Positions 1-10,351 of a stretch of DNA of 64,000 nt are shown piece by piece (position 1 is the stretch's first letter; each line of letters starts with the position of its first letter). The position numbers were made by a program, and so were the translations under genes. Source of the stretch: Bacteroidetes bacterium GWF2_33_38 (GTDB taxonomy: Bacteria > Bacteroidota > Bacteroidia > Bacteroidales > GWF2-33-38); the NCBI GenBank assembly GCA_001769505.1, contig MEOF01000045.1, forward strand, positions 42,718-106,717, given 5' to 3'. A model generated the notes under the pieces. The model worked only from the letters and a program-made list of their open reading frames with translations. It did no database searches and was not told the DNA's origin.

Positions 1-732
1 ATGGGCGAACAAGCCATTAATATAGCTAAATCAGTTAAATATTGCAGTGTTGGCACCGTTGAATTTTTACTCGACGATGATATGAATTTCTATTTCATGG
101 AAATGAATACTCGGATTCAGGTTGAACATCCTGTTACAGAAACAATTACTGGAATAGATCTGATTGAGCAACAAATAAAAATGGCACAAGGCGATAAATT
201 GAGCATTAAACAAGAGGATGTTCAATTAAATGGCTGGGCTATTGAGTATAGAATAAATGCTGAAGATGTTCAGGCAAACTTTTCTCCTTTTTTGGGAACC
301 ATTCAACATATTTCGTTTCCAAAAGGAAAAAACGTTAGAGTTGATACTGGCGTTGAAGATGGATCTGTAATTACTCCATATTACGATTCGATGGTCGCGA
401 AATTGATTGTTTCGGGAGAAACTAGAGAAAAAGCAATTGCGAATTCGCTTGTGGCAATTAATAAAGTTAAGATAAAAGGTGTTAAAACTACAATTCCGTT
501 TTGTAAGGCTGTTATTGAAAACAAAGACTTTCAATTAGGAAACTTGAATACATCATTTATTGACAAAAAAATGGATGGAATTTTCAATGAGGACCCCGAT
601 GAAAAACTAATGGCTGCTTTTTTTGCGACAATGGATTATATAAAAGATGAACAAATGGACGAAGCGGCTTACGTTGATTTCGAAAAAGGAAGAAATATTA
701 CTCCTTGGTTAATCAAAAGAAGAATAAAATAA
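1..732 (+). CDS. accC: Biotin carboxylase (acyl/acetyl-CoA carboxylase subunit), C-terminal ~240 aa; the true 5' end lies outside the window
   Basis: Translation carries ATP-grasp/biotin-carboxylase motifs (FMEMNTRIQVEHPVTE, ...DSMVAKLIV...) and a biotin carboxylase C-terminal domain. A biotin-carrier gene follows directly. Confidence 0.9.
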   Translation: MGEQAINIAKSVKYCSVGTVEFLLDDDMNFYFMEMNTRIQVEHPVTETITGIDLIEQQIKMAQGDKLSIKQEDVQLNGWAIEYRINAEDVQANFSPFLGTIQHISFPKGKNVRVDTGVEDGSVITPYYDSMVAKLIVSGETREKAIANSLVAINKVKIKGVKTTIPFCKAVIENKDFQLGNLNTSFIDKKMDGIFNEDPDEKLMAAFFATMDYIKDEQMDEAAYVDFEKGRNITPWLIKRRIK

Positions 733-759
733 GTTTTCTTAAATTTTAAATCGAAGAAT

Positions 760-1302
760 ATGATTCTAAAAATCAAAAATAAAGACAAAAAATCCGACAA
801 TAAATACATCGCTCTAGGTCTTGATAAAAAGAAATACGAGTTCTTATTTAAAGCCGACAACACTGTTGCAGTTAATAAGAAAAAATCGGATATTAGAATT
901 GAAGAAGATGACGATGGGTTCACTTATGTTGTTTGGGAAAGCCGTCGAGTTCCGGTTGAGCTTGTCGAGAAGAACCAAAATAGATATGAAGTTTTAGTTA
1001 ATGGTATAAGTTATAAATTCTCGATTGAATCTCCAATTTCATATAAACGAAAAAAATTCTTAGATAAAACTCAGATTCAATCTAAAACAGAGTCGATTAT
1101 TGCTCCCATGCCTGGTAAAATTATTGATGTATTGGTTGAGCCAAACACGCATGTTAGCCAAGGCGAAGCAATTTTGATTCTAGAAGCAATGAAAATGCAA
1201 AATGAAATTCTTTCGACAGTAACTGGTAAAATAAAATCAATTAATATCAGAAAAGACGACAACGTAATGAAAGACGATGTGCTAATTGAAATTGAAAAAT
1301 AG
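760..1302 (+). CDS. Biotin carboxyl carrier / biotin-lipoyl attachment domain protein
   Basis: C-terminal biotinyl domain with the EAMKMQNEI biotinylation motif. Lies immediately downstream of the biotin carboxylase gene. Confidence 0.8.
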   Translation: MILKIKNKDKKSDNKYIALGLDKKKYEFLFKADNTVAVNKKKSDIRIEEDDDGFTYVVWESRRVPVELVEKNQNRYEVLVNGISYKFSIESPISYKRKKFLDKTQIQSKTESIIAPMPGKIIDVLVEPNTHVSQGEAILILEAMKMQNEILSTVTGKIKSINIRKDDNVMKDDVLIEIEK

Positions 1303-1331
1303 TTTTTTGTACTATTTTATGAATATAAATG

Positions 1332-1365
1332 ACCGTGAATCAATATTCATGGTTATTCTTTTTTC
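1332..1365 (+). terminator. Candidate intrinsic terminator after the biotin-carrier gene
   Basis: 9-bp stem ACCGTGAAT/ATTCATGGT (one G:U pair), loop CAAT, followed by TATTCTTTTTT. Overlaps the 3' end of the convergent minus-strand gene. Confidence 0.4.
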
Positions 1366-1996
1366 TTAGAATCATTATTCCGTCTCGAATAGGAAAAATA
1401 AGATTTTCGACTCTCGAATCGTTGTGAACAAATGTGTTAAAATCAAGAATCCCCTTTGTATATAAGTCATTCGAAACTAATGGCTCAACTACTTTTCCAC
1501 TCCAAAGTACATTGTCGGCTAAAATATATCCACCAACATTTACTTTTTCAAAAACGGCATGATAATACTCTAAATAATTTCTTTTATCCCCATCAATAAA
1601 TACAAGGTCGAACCTTTCGTTTATTGTTGGTATAATCTCCAATGCATCACCAATATGAAGTTGAATTTTGTTTTTATTTTCAGACTTGTCGAAATACGAT
1701 TGTGCAAAATCTACAATTTCATCATTTATTTCAATTGTATGTATTTTTCCGTCATCTGAAAGTCCTTCTGCGAAACAAAGAGCAGAATATCCGGTGTATG
1801 TTCCTATTTCGAGTACTCGTTTAGGGCGGATCATGTCTGTAATCATTTTCAATATTCTTCCTTGTATATGCCCGGATAGCATTCTAGGATAAAGAATTTT
1901 TACATGAGTTTGACGGGTTAGGTCTTTCAATAACTCACTTTCAGGTTCGGTGTGGTCGAGAATATATTTTTCGATTTCAATAGTCGAATTAAACAT
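1340..1996 (-). CDS. Class I SAM-dependent O-methyltransferase (caffeoyl-CoA OMT-like, family 3)
   Basis: VLEIGTYTGYSALCFAEGL SAM-binding motif and FIDGDK motif; 218 aa, a typical length for the family. Confidence 0.85.
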   Translation of the reverse strand: MFNSTIEIEKYILDHTEPESELLKDLTRQTHVKILYPRMLSGHIQGRILKMITDMIRPKRVLEIGTYTGYSALCFAEGLSDDGKIHTIEINDEIVDFAQSYFDKSENKNKIQLHIGDALEIIPTINERFDLVFIDGDKRNYLEYYHAVFEKVNVGGYILADNVLWSGKVVEPLVSNDLYTKGILDFNTFVHNDSRVENLIFPIRDGIMILRKKNNHEY

Positions 1997-1997
1997 A

Positions 1998-3245
1998 TTA
2001 TTTGTAAATTAGGATTGATAATTTATCTCGTTCAAATATTTCGTTGGCAACTTCTAGCAAATTCTCTGATGATATTTGATTGATTCTTGTGTATAAGGTT
2101 TTTAAATCATCAACTTTATCGTAAAACAAAAAACTTTTCCCAATAGTAAACATCATAGTTGCTTTACTTTCTGATGAAATAGCAATCTGACCTTCGAGTT
2201 GTTTTTTTGCTTTGTGCAATTGCAAACTACCTAATTTTTTTGTTCTTAGGTTTTGCAATTCTTTAAAAATTAGAGAATTAATCTTTTCTATATTTTCTTT
2301 ATCTGAACCAAAATATATAGTAAAAACTCCAGTGTCGGAATATGCTGTATAATTCGAATCAACATTATAAGCAAAACCGTGTTTTTCACGCAATAGCATA
2401 TTTAGTCGAGAGTTCATATTTGGACCGCCAAGTAAATTATTAAGCAAAGCTAAATCGGTTCGTTTTTCGTCTTGTAAATTATAAGCAAGATTGCCAATAA
2501 CACAATGTGCTTGATAACTATCGATATAAACAATTTTTTTTTCGGGAATATAATTTGAAAAAGGGATTCGAATATTTTCTTTAAAGTTAGGTTTAACATT
2601 TGCAACATACTTTGTAAACAAGGCTTTGATTTTTTCAAAAGAAATATTTCCTACCGAACAAAACACTATTTTGTCGGTTCGATAGTTTGAATCAATAAAG
2701 TCGAAAATATTTTTTTGTTTAAATTTTTTCAAACTTTCAGGTGTTCCTAAAATATTTCGACCAATGGTATGTTCTCTAAAAATTAATTCTTCGAAATCGT
2801 CGAAAATTTGTTCGGCAGGACTGTCTTTGTAAGAATTTATTTCGTCAACAATTACATCTTTTTCTTTTTCAAGTTCTTTTTCAGGAAAAATTGAATTAAA
2901 AGCAATATCTGTCAATACATCCATTACTTTATCGTAATATTTGCTTAAAAAAACTGAATAAATAACGGTTTTTTCTTTAGTGGTATAAGCATCAAGTTCT
3001 CCTCCAACATTTTCTACACTATTTAAAATATGAATTGGTTTTCGTTTGTTTGTCCCTTTAAACAGCACATGTTCAAGAAAATGAGCCATTCCATGCTCTG
3101 AGTCTTTTTCATCACGTGAACCGGTAGCAATAAAAAAACCGCAATAAGCAACCGGAGAATCTACAGAACTATGTATAAGTCGAAGACCATTGGGCAGAGT
3201 AAAAGTGTTGTAATTCATTGTTTCGCATTGATGAAAACTAATCAC
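1998..3245 (-). CDS. M16 family zinc peptidase (pitrilysin/insulinase-like)
   Basis: Inverted zinc motif HFLEHVLFKGT (HxxEH). The start is more likely the internal MNYNTF at 3218. Confidence 0.85.
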   Translation of the reverse strand: MISFHQCETMNYNTFTLPNGLRLIHSSVDSPVAYCGFFIATGSRDEKDSEHGMAHFLEHVLFKGTNKRKPIHILNSVENVGGELDAYTTKEKTVIYSVFLSKYYDKVMDVLTDIAFNSIFPEKELEKEKDVIVDEINSYKDSPAEQIFDDFEELIFREHTIGRNILGTPESLKKFKQKNIFDFIDSNYRTDKIVFCSVGNISFEKIKALFTKYVANVKPNFKENIRIPFSNYIPEKKIVYIDSYQAHCVIGNLAYNLQDEKRTDLALLNNLLGGPNMNSRLNMLLREKHGFAYNVDSNYTAYSDTGVFTIYFGSDKENIEKINSLIFKELQNLRTKKLGSLQLHKAKKQLEGQIAISSESKATMMFTIGKSFLFYDKVDDLKTLYTRINQISSENLLEVANEIFERDKLSILIYK

Positions 3246-3337
3246 AAATGTAAGGAAAGAATAAATTACTTATCTTTTTTTGTATTTTATTTTTCTTATA
3301 GAAATTTTTGTATAAATTTGCAACTCCAAAAAAGGAA

Positions 3338-3410
<73 letters not shown>

Positions 3411-3455
3411 CACCGAAAAAGTCCCAATCGCTTTGTAAAATAAGAGGTTGGGATT

Positions 3456-4151
3456 TTAATTTTCTTCTTCCGATTTTTTATTATTTAGACCTTCTAAAAC
3501 AATAACAATCTCGCCTTTTACGGTTTTCGCATTATAATAATTGAATAGTTCTTGCAAGTTTCCACGAGAATTTTCTTCAAACATTTTGCTCAATTCACGA
3601 CAAACACATGCTTTGCGTTCGGCTCCAAAAAATTCGATAAACTGACTTAATGTTTTTACCAACCGGAAGGGAGATTCGAAAAATATCATGGTACGTTCTT
3701 CGTTTTGCAAACTTGTTAGTTTTTTATTTCGCCCTTTTTTTTGAGGCAGAAAACCCTCGAAACAAAAACGATCGTTTGGCAAGCCCGAATTTACAATTGC
3801 AGGAACAAAAGAAGTCGCACCAGGTAAACATTCTACGTCTATTTCGTGTTCGATGCAATGTTTTACGATTAAATATCCGGGGTCGGAAATTGCAGGAGTT
3901 CCCGCATCAGAAATCAAAGCTATGGTTAAACCCTGTTTGAGTTGATTTAAAATTCCTTCAACGGCTTTGTGCTCGTTAAAGGCGTGGTAGGATTGAAGTT
4001 TTTTATTTATTTCGTAATGTTTCAACAATTTGCTGCTGGTTCGGGTATCTTCGGCAAGAATCAAATCAACTTCTTTAAGTATACGAAGAGCTCGCAAGGT
4101 AATATCTTCGAGGTTTCCAATGGGTGTAGGAACAATGTACAGTTTACTCAT
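3456..4151 (-). CDS. rsmI: 16S rRNA (cytidine1402-2'-O)-methyltransferase
   Basis: N-terminus MSKLYIVPTPIGNLEDITLRALRILKEVDLILAEDTR is the canonical RsmI tetrapyrrole-methylase-fold signature. Confidence 0.9.
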   Translation of the reverse strand: MSKLYIVPTPIGNLEDITLRALRILKEVDLILAEDTRTSSKLLKHYEINKKLQSYHAFNEHKAVEGILNQLKQGLTIALISDAGTPAISDPGYLIVKHCIEHEIDVECLPGATSFVPAIVNSGLPNDRFCFEGFLPQKKGRNKKLTSLQNEERTMIFFESPFRLVKTLSQFIEFFGAERKACVCRELSKMFEENSRGNLQELFNYYNAKTVKGEIVIVLEGLNNKKSEEEN

Positions 4152-5406
4152 ACCTTTCGATAAAATTAGTTAAAAGTCTAAAAAAATCTTCGTATTCGGT
4201 CAGTGGTAGGGTTTCAGGCTTGTCGAATACGTTGTGATATTCGCCAATTCCGCCACGTGCATAAATAAAAAAACATCGAACTGCATTTTCAAAAAAGAAA
4301 TGATGATCACTGTTCGAAGCTTTTCCACGTTGCGAAACATCGGGGAGTAATTCTTTTTCTTTGTTGATTTCGATTAATAAATTGGCTTCTTTCTCAAATA
4401 CCTTTCCATTTACTAGACAAATACCTTCATCGCCTGTTCCAACCATATCTAAATTGAACAAAAATTTAATTTTTGATAAGGGAAAGAGAGGATTTTCGGT
4501 ATAATATTTTGAACCCAATAAGCCAATTTCTTCGGCACTAAAAAACATGAACACAATCGTGTATTTTGGTTTTTGTTGAGAATAATGCCGAGCTAAATCC
4601 AACAACATCGAAACACCCGAAGCATTGTCGTTTGCTCCGTAAAAATAGGCTTGATTTCCAATCGCTCCAAGATGGTCATAGTGTGCCGAAAATACGATAA
4701 CAGAATCGCTTTCTCCTTCGATATATCCTATAATATTTTGAGTTTGATAATCTTTTACAAACTTAGGAAGGAGTTTAATCTCAAGTATTTTAGAATTATT
4801 TGAAATTGCTTCGGAGCTAATTCTTAGCGATGGAAACCAAGCTTGAGAGCTAGATATTCCGATTCTAAGATGCCCCGAATCGATTGACAAAATTGCTTTT
4901 GCATTAAATAAATTAAAATTTGTACTGTACTCGATTAGTTTTCGAAGCTCTTTGTCAGAAATTCCGACTGTATCAATTGCAACAACATTTTTAGAATGCT
5001 TGGAATTTAGAAACTTTCGGAAAAGATATTTGTCGTTAATTATTTGTTTATCTAAATATTCAATATTGAACTTTCCAGTGCATTTTGCGGTTTGAGGAAA
5101 TGGAACAAATTCAGTTCCAGCAATCAATTCTTTGCCATCGACTTTTACAATTACATTTTTTGGAAAAGTGTTTGCTGAAACTGTAAAGGGTTGAAAAAAC
5201 GTGTTCCCAAAATTTTTAATATTCTTTTTTTTAAGTTCTGACTCAATGTATTGAGCTGCTAATTTATCTCCGTCAAAGACATAAGCTCGACCATTAAACG
5301 ATTTTGAACATAAGCTATCGATTACTTTTCTTGCATATTGAATATCTTGTGCAAAAAAGTTTGAACAGATAAAAAAAATGAAAACAAATATTTTAATTTT
5401 CAACAT
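4144..5406 (-). CDS. M28 family metallopeptidase (aminopeptidase-like), secreted
   Basis: N-terminal signal-like segment. Metal-ligand motifs SAHYDHLG, NDNASGVSMLLDLA and FFSAEEIGLLGS. Confidence 0.8.
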   Translation of the reverse strand: MLKIKIFVFIFFICSNFFAQDIQYARKVIDSLCSKSFNGRAYVFDGDKLAAQYIESELKKKNIKNFGNTFFQPFTVSANTFPKNVIVKVDGKELIAGTEFVPFPQTAKCTGKFNIEYLDKQIINDKYLFRKFLNSKHSKNVVAIDTVGISDKELRKLIEYSTNFNLFNAKAILSIDSGHLRIGISSSQAWFPSLRISSEAISNNSKILEIKLLPKFVKDYQTQNIIGYIEGESDSVIVFSAHYDHLGAIGNQAYFYGANDNASGVSMLLDLARHYSQQKPKYTIVFMFFSAEEIGLLGSKYYTENPLFPLSKIKFLFNLDMVGTGDEGICLVNGKVFEKEANLLIEINKEKELLPDVSQRGKASNSDHHFFFENAVRCFFIYARGGIGEYHNVFDKPETLPLTEYEDFFRLLTNFIERYE

Positions 5407-6198
5407 TTATTTGAGGTTTTCGGTTACTAAGAATCGTCTGAAAACGAGTTCTAATAATTTCTTAAAGCCTTCTTGTTTTTCGTCCCATTCAAGATTTTTA
5501 TTAATAAAAGACATGGCTTGGTCTAAATCTTTTTGTCCGTTTAATTCGTCGATTAACAAGTTAAAAGCATTTGAATCTCCTTTGAATAATTCATTAATTA
5601 TTAAGAATTTATCATTCAATCCGATCGCAGATTTTATATTGCTTATCGGGTTGTCTTTTAATCGACTTGTAAGGTCTTTTTGTGTTTGATATTTTGAAAT
5701 AATATCGTTCAATGATTTTTGCTTTCCGTGAAATCTATCGGCTAAAATTTCTTTGTCTTGAGACTCTTTAATCGGCTCTTTTTGCACTATTTGTTCAATA
5801 ATTGGAACAACTTTTTCTTCCTGAATATCAATTATTGGCTCAGGAACTTCAATTCGACTTTCTTGAATTACCTCATGTTTCACATCTTCAGCTACCGTTT
5901 CAACTTTTTGAATAATTACTTCAATCGCATTTTCGTGGTCATCAATTAACTTATTTAATTCTTCATCGGCGTTCTGGACTTCAAAACTTGAAGCATTTAA
6001 GTTTAATGCTAAATCATAAGCCTTACGCAATTTCGATTTAACTAAGTCGATTTCGATATTGCTTAATTGATTGTTTGCAATCAAAATTGCTTTAATCTTT
6101 TCTATTTCGCTGATTATGTATTGTACTTTTTCGGACATATAATTTTTGTATTGTTTTGTTCGGTTTGTAAAGGTAGAAGTTTTATTACAAGACTTCAA
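5407..6198 (-). CDS. Hypothetical protein (acidic, coiled-coil-like N-terminal half); likely start MSEKV at 6138
   Basis: Long ORF abutting the upstream gene's stop codon. I recognised no motif. Confidence 0.5.
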   Translation of the reverse strand: MKSCNKTSTFTNRTKQYKNYMSEKVQYIISEIEKIKAILIANNQLSNIEIDLVKSKLRKAYDLALNLNASSFEVQNADEELNKLIDDHENAIEVIIQKVETVAEDVKHEVIQESRIEVPEPIIDIQEEKVVPIIEQIVQKEPIKESQDKEILADRFHGKQKSLNDIISKYQTQKDLTSRLKDNPISNIKSAIGLNDKFLIINELFKGDSNAFNLLIDELNGQKDLDQAMSFINKNLEWDEKQEGFKKLLELVFRRFLVTENLK

Positions 6199-6284
6199 AT
6201 GAAAATCCTAAGAAATTTTTAACATGGTATTTATACTTTAAAAAACAAGAATCCAGGTAAGTTTTCTGGGTTATATTAAGCAAT

Positions 6285-6323
6285 TCAATAAAAGAAAAAG
6301 GATGGAAGTAAATCCATCCTTTT
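6285..6323 (-). terminator. Intrinsic terminator downstream of sdhB
   Basis: Perfect 10-bp stem AAAGGATGGA/TCCATCCTTT (6297-6322) with a 6-nt loop. On the minus strand it is followed by TTTTCTTTTATT. Confidence 0.6.
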
Positions 6324-6459
6324 AACTATTAATGAGTATATTTAATCACTTATTTTTGAAAAAAGCTATTATTTTTAAATTTATTCACTAAAACTATCGA
6401 TGTTAAATCGGGAAAATTATTTAGCTACACTTTTTTTACAATAACATTTATTTTGAATA

Positions 6460-7203
6460 CTAATCTTGAATATTGGCACACAAAAACTCTCGGTTCATTC
6501 GAGCAATGTGAGAAATTGAAATGCTTTTTGGACACTCGGCTTCGCAAGCTCCAGTATTTGTGCAACCTCCAAAACCAAGTTCATCCATTTTTGAAATCAT
6601 GTTTTTGACTCTTGCGGCTGCTTCGATTTTACCTTGTGGTAATACGGCTAATTGCGATACTTTTGCTGCAACAAACAACATGGCCGATGAGTTTTTGCAA
6701 GCGGCTACACAAGCTCCACAACCAATACACGAAGCGGCGTCCATTGCTTCTTCTGCTGTATCGTGGGGAATCAATATTGCATTTGCATCTTGAACTCCGC
6801 CCGTATTTACAGAAACAAATCCACCTGCTTGTAAAATTTTATCGAAAGCATTACGCTCGATAATTAAATCTTTTACAACAGGGAATGCTGCTGCTCTCCA
6901 TGGCTCAATAGTTATGGTATCTCCATGCTTGAATTTACGCATATGTAATTGACAAGTTGTGATATCATCATCTGGTCCATGTGGGCGACCATTTATATAC
7001 AAACTGCACATTCCGCAAATACCTTCTCTACAATCGTGGTCAAAAGCAACTGGCTCTTTCCCTTCGTTGATTAATTGTTCGTTTAAAATGTCAATCATTT
7101 CTAAAAAAGAACAATCGGGAGAAATATTAGCAATATTATAGGTTTCGAATCTTCCTTTATCTTTCGGATTCTTTTGTTTCCAAATTTTTAATTTTAAATC
7201 CAT
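6460..7203 (-). CDS. sdhB: Succinate dehydrogenase/fumarate reductase iron-sulfur subunit
   Basis: 2Fe-2S, 4Fe-4S and 3Fe-4S cysteine clusters ([32 protein letters not shown]). Confidence 0.93.
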   Translation of the reverse strand: MDLKLKIWKQKNPKDKGRFETYNIANISPDCSFLEMIDILNEQLINEGKEPVAFDHDCREGICGMCSLYINGRPHGPDDDITTCQLHMRKFKHGDTITIEPWRAAAFPVVKDLIIERNAFDKILQAGGFVSVNTGGVQDANAILIPHDTAEEAMDAASCIGCGACVAACKNSSAMLFVAAKVSQLAVLPQGKIEAAARVKNMISKMDELGFGGCTNTGACEAECPKSISISHIARMNREFLCANIQD

Positions 7204-7660
7204 TGCTTTTAAGTTATTAGTAATGAGTTATTAGTTACGAGTTTAAATCAGGTTTTTTCTACTTGTTTTAAAAGTGAATTTAGCATTTTGCTTAATTCTT
7301 ATACCGAAATTCTAATTAACTCAAATTGTTCATTATTTAAATATTTTAATTTATTCGATATTATTGATATTGTTTCTACTTCATAAAGCGAGCCTCTTGA
7401 AATTTTCAAAAACTGAGCAAATGATTTATTGCTTTTTCGTCCCCAGCCTTCAGCAATGTTAAGCGAAACAGAAACTGATGCTCTTCTAATTTGATTTGTA
7501 ATTCCAAATTGTTCAGAATTTGGAAATGATTTAGTTATATCATAAATTACACTCACAAAATCAACGCTTTTTTGCCAAACAATTAAATCCTTATATGTTT
7601 TTGCATCAAAACTCATAACTTCTTACTCATTACTCTTTACTTGTAACTCGTTACTTGTAG
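7204..7660 (-). repeat. Four-helix-bundle cassette E1: ORF flanked by mutually complementary short-word arrays; fills the whole sdhA-sdhB spacer
   Basis: In gene sense the upstream flank (rc of 7617-7660) is AGTAACG/AGTTAC/AGTAATG-type words. The downstream flank (rc of 7211-7243) is the complementary GTAAC/CATTAC/TAATAAC vocabulary. Confidence 0.7.
7299..7616 (-). CDS. Four-helix-bundle protein (23S rRNA intervening-sequence protein / Avd-like family), apparently nonsense-truncated
   Basis: Family hallmarks: KDLIVWQKS..., ...QIRRASVSVSLNIAEG..., ...SRGSLYEVET. The in-frame TAA at 7299-7301 is followed by 16 more sense codons (ELSKMLNSLLKQVEKT). Confidence 0.8.
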   Translation of the reverse strand: MSFDAKTYKDLIVWQKSVDFVSVIYDITKSFPNSEQFGITNQIRRASVSVSLNIAEGWGRKSNKSFAQFLKISRGSLYEVETISIISNKLKYLNNEQFELIRISV

Positions 7661-9588
7661 TTCCTTTGAACGCGTTTAACAAATTCGTAGTCAAGATTTT
7701 CTTTATACATTTCGGGGTCTTGATTATCTCCTTTGTACTCCCATGAAGCAACATATGCAAAATTTTCGTCGTCGCGTTTTGCTTCGCCGTCTTCTGTTTG
7801 CATTTCTTCACGGAAATGACCTCCGCATGACTCTTTTCTATTTAAAGCATCTCGAACCATTAATTCGCCTAATTCCAAGAAATCAGCAACACGACCAGCT
7901 TTCTCCAATTCAGGATTAAACTCATCTGTTGTTCCTGGAATTTTTACATCTTGCCAAAATTCTTTACGTAATTTCGGAATTAAATCTAATGCTTTTTTCA
8001 AACCTTCTTCGTTTCGTCCCATACCGCAGTATTCCCACATAATTTTACCTAAACGTTTGTGGAACGAGTCAACCGATTGTTTTCCTTTAATCGACATGAG
8101 TTTGTTAATTCTGTCGTTAACTTGTTTTTCGGTTTCAACAAATTCTTTTGAATCGATAGAAATTCGTTTAGTATGAATTTCGTCGGCTAAGAAATTTCCG
8201 ATTGTGTATGGAAGCACAAAATATCCGTCGGCCAATCCTTGCATTAATGCGGATGCTCCTAATCGGTTAGCTCCATGGTCGGCAAAGTTTGCTTCGCCAA
8301 TACAGTATAAACCAGGAACGGTTGTCATTAAATTGTAATCAACCCAAAGTCCACCCATTGTGTAATGAACCGCAGGGTAAATCATCATTGGTGTATTGTA
8401 TGGATTTTCGTCTGTAATTTTTTCGTACATCTGAAATAAGTTTCCATACTTTTCCTCAACATTTTCTTTTCCTAAACGTTTAATAGCGTCAGCAAAGTCA
8501 AGATATACAGCCAATCCTGTTCCTACTCCGTGTCCAGCATCGCAACGCTCTTTAGCGGCACGCGAAGCCACATCTCGAGGAACTAAATTTCCAAATGCAG
8601 GGTATCTTCTTTCTAGGTAGTAGTCGCGTTTTTCTTCTGGCAAATCGGTTGGACTTAATTGTTTATTACGAATTTTTTCAGCGTCTGATTTATCTTTTGG
8701 AACCCAAATTCGACCATCATTACGCAAGCTTTCGCTCATTAAGGTAAGTTTCGATTGATAATCGCCATGAACTGGAATACAAGTTGGATGTATTTGTGTA
8801 AAACAAGGATTTGCAAATTGTGCTCCTCGTTTGTACGCTTGCCATACCGGAGAACCGTTTGAACCCATTGCATTTGTCGATAAATAAAATACGTTACCGT
8901 ATCCTCCAGTAGCTAAAACTACTGCATGACCAAAATACTTTTCAAGTTTTCCGGTTGCTAAATTTCTAACTACAACTCCTCTTGCTTTTCCGTCAACAAC
9001 AACAACATCTTGCATATCGCGACGATAATACATTTCAACTGAACCTTTTGCAATTTGACGATTCAATGCACTATAAGCACCCAATAATAATTGTTGTCCT
9101 GTTTGACCACGAGCATAGAATGTTCGCGATACTTGAGCTCCACCAAACGAACGATTATCGAGCAATCCACCGTAATCACGAGCAAAAGGAACTCCTTGAG
9201 CAACACATTGGTCGATAATGGAGTTGCTAACTTCTGCTAGCCGATAAACGCTTGCTTCTCGTGAACGGTAATCGCCACCTTTGATAGTATCGTAAAATAA
9301 ACGATATATGCTATCGCCGTCGTTTTGATAATTTTTGGCTGCATTTATTCCTCCTTGTGCAGCAATACTGTGAGCTCGTCGAGGACTATCTTGATAACAA
9401 AAAACTTTAACATTGTATCCTAATTCACCAAGTGCGGCAGCGGCAGATGCTCCGCCCAAACCAGTTCCAATAATAATAATGTCTAGTTTTCTTTTATTTG
9501 AAGGATTTACAAGTTTACAACTTGATTTATAATTCGACCATTTTTCGGCTAAATTTCCTTCGGGTGATTTTGAATTTAAAACGCTCAT
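7651..9588 (-). CDS. sdhA: Succinate dehydrogenase/fumarate reductase flavoprotein subunit
   Basis: FAD-binding N-terminus [20 protein letters not shown], the covalent-FAD histidine context [14 protein letters not shown], and 645 aa. Confidence 0.95.
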   Translation of the reverse strand: MSVLNSKSPEGNLAEKWSNYKSSCKLVNPSNKRKLDIIIIGTGLGGASAAAALGELGYNVKVFCYQDSPRRAHSIAAQGGINAAKNYQNDGDSIYRLFYDTIKGGDYRSREASVYRLAEVSNSIIDQCVAQGVPFARDYGGLLDNRSFGGAQVSRTFYARGQTGQQLLLGAYSALNRQIAKGSVEMYYRRDMQDVVVVDGKARGVVVRNLATGKLEKYFGHAVVLATGGYGNVFYLSTNAMGSNGSPVWQAYKRGAQFANPCFTQIHPTCIPVHGDYQSKLTLMSESLRNDGRIWVPKDKSDAEKIRNKQLSPTDLPEEKRDYYLERRYPAFGNLVPRDVASRAAKERCDAGHGVGTGLAVYLDFADAIKRLGKENVEEKYGNLFQMYEKITDENPYNTPMMIYPAVHYTMGGLWVDYNLMTTVPGLYCIGEANFADHGANRLGASALMQGLADGYFVLPYTIGNFLADEIHTKRISIDSKEFVETEKQVNDRINKLMSIKGKQSVDSFHKRLGKIMWEYCGMGRNEEGLKKALDLIPKLRKEFWQDVKIPGTTDEFNPELEKAGRVADFLELGELMVRDALNRKESCGGHFREEMQTEDGEAKRDDENFAYVASWEYKGDNQDPEMYKENLDYEFVKRVQRNYK

Positions 9589-9601
9589 ATTTATTTAGTT
9601 G

Positions 9602-9637
9602 AAAGTTCTTAAAGTCCATAAAGTTTTTAAAGTTGAA
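9602..9637. repeat. Four phased 9-bp repeats (AAAGTNNNN) in the sdhC-sdhA spacer
   Basis: AAAGT occurs at 9602, 9611, 9620 and 9629: aaagttctt aaagtccat aaagttttt aaagttgaa. Confidence 0.8.
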
Positions 9638-9688
9638 AATTAAATAGCATTTTTTAATTAGCATATTAGCTCATTTTCTTTTGCCTTC

Positions 9689-10351
9689 CTACATTAAAGA
9701 ATTAATGAAAAAATAAATTGGAATTATCGAAAAACCAATGCTGATAACTAAAGCATAAATATTTCCAATTACGATTAATCTACGTTCCCAAGTTTTATTG
9801 TTTAATCCTAATGTTTGAAATGCTGATTGAAATGCATGATTTAAATGCAGCCCAAGCAAAATGAACCATCCAATATAAATTACAACATAATACCAATTCT
9901 CAGGTTGAAATAATCCAACCACCAAATCGTATTCAGTCATTTCGCCACTCTCAATTAAATCGGTAAACTTAATTTTGTAATAGTAATTCATCAAATGAAG
10001 AACCAAGAAAATCAAGACAACTCCACCTGTTATTAACATGTTTTTTGAAGCCCAGCTAGTTGCTTTGCTTTTATTCGCTACAGCGTACTTAACAGGACGA
10101 GCATTTTGATTTACGATTGTTAAATACAATGCGTAAACCATGTGAAATAAAAAACCTGCCGCTAATGCAAATTCCATCACTTTCATAATAGGATTAGTTC
10201 CCATAAAATGTGCGGCGGTATTAAATACATCCGAACCAACTAGGGTTAACAAGTTTAAAAACAAGTGTACTAATAAAAACATAATCAAAAACAAACCAGT
10301 AACACTCATTATCAATTTTTTGCCGATTGAAGAGCCTAAAAAACTACTCAT
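9689..10351 (-). CDS. sdhC: Succinate dehydrogenase/fumarate reductase cytochrome b subunit (b558-type, 5 TM helices)
   Basis: A 220-aa polytopic membrane protein with conserved histidines, first gene of the sdh operon. Confidence 0.85.
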   Translation of the reverse strand: MSSFLGSSIGKKLIMSVTGLFLIMFLLVHLFLNLLTLVGSDVFNTAAHFMGTNPIMKVMEFALAAGFLFHMVYALYLTIVNQNARPVKYAVANKSKATSWASKNMLITGGVVLIFLVLHLMNYYYKIKFTDLIESGEMTEYDLVVGLFQPENWYYVVIYIGWFILLGLHLNHAFQSAFQTLGLNNKTWERRLIVIGNIYALVISIGFSIIPIYFFINSLM

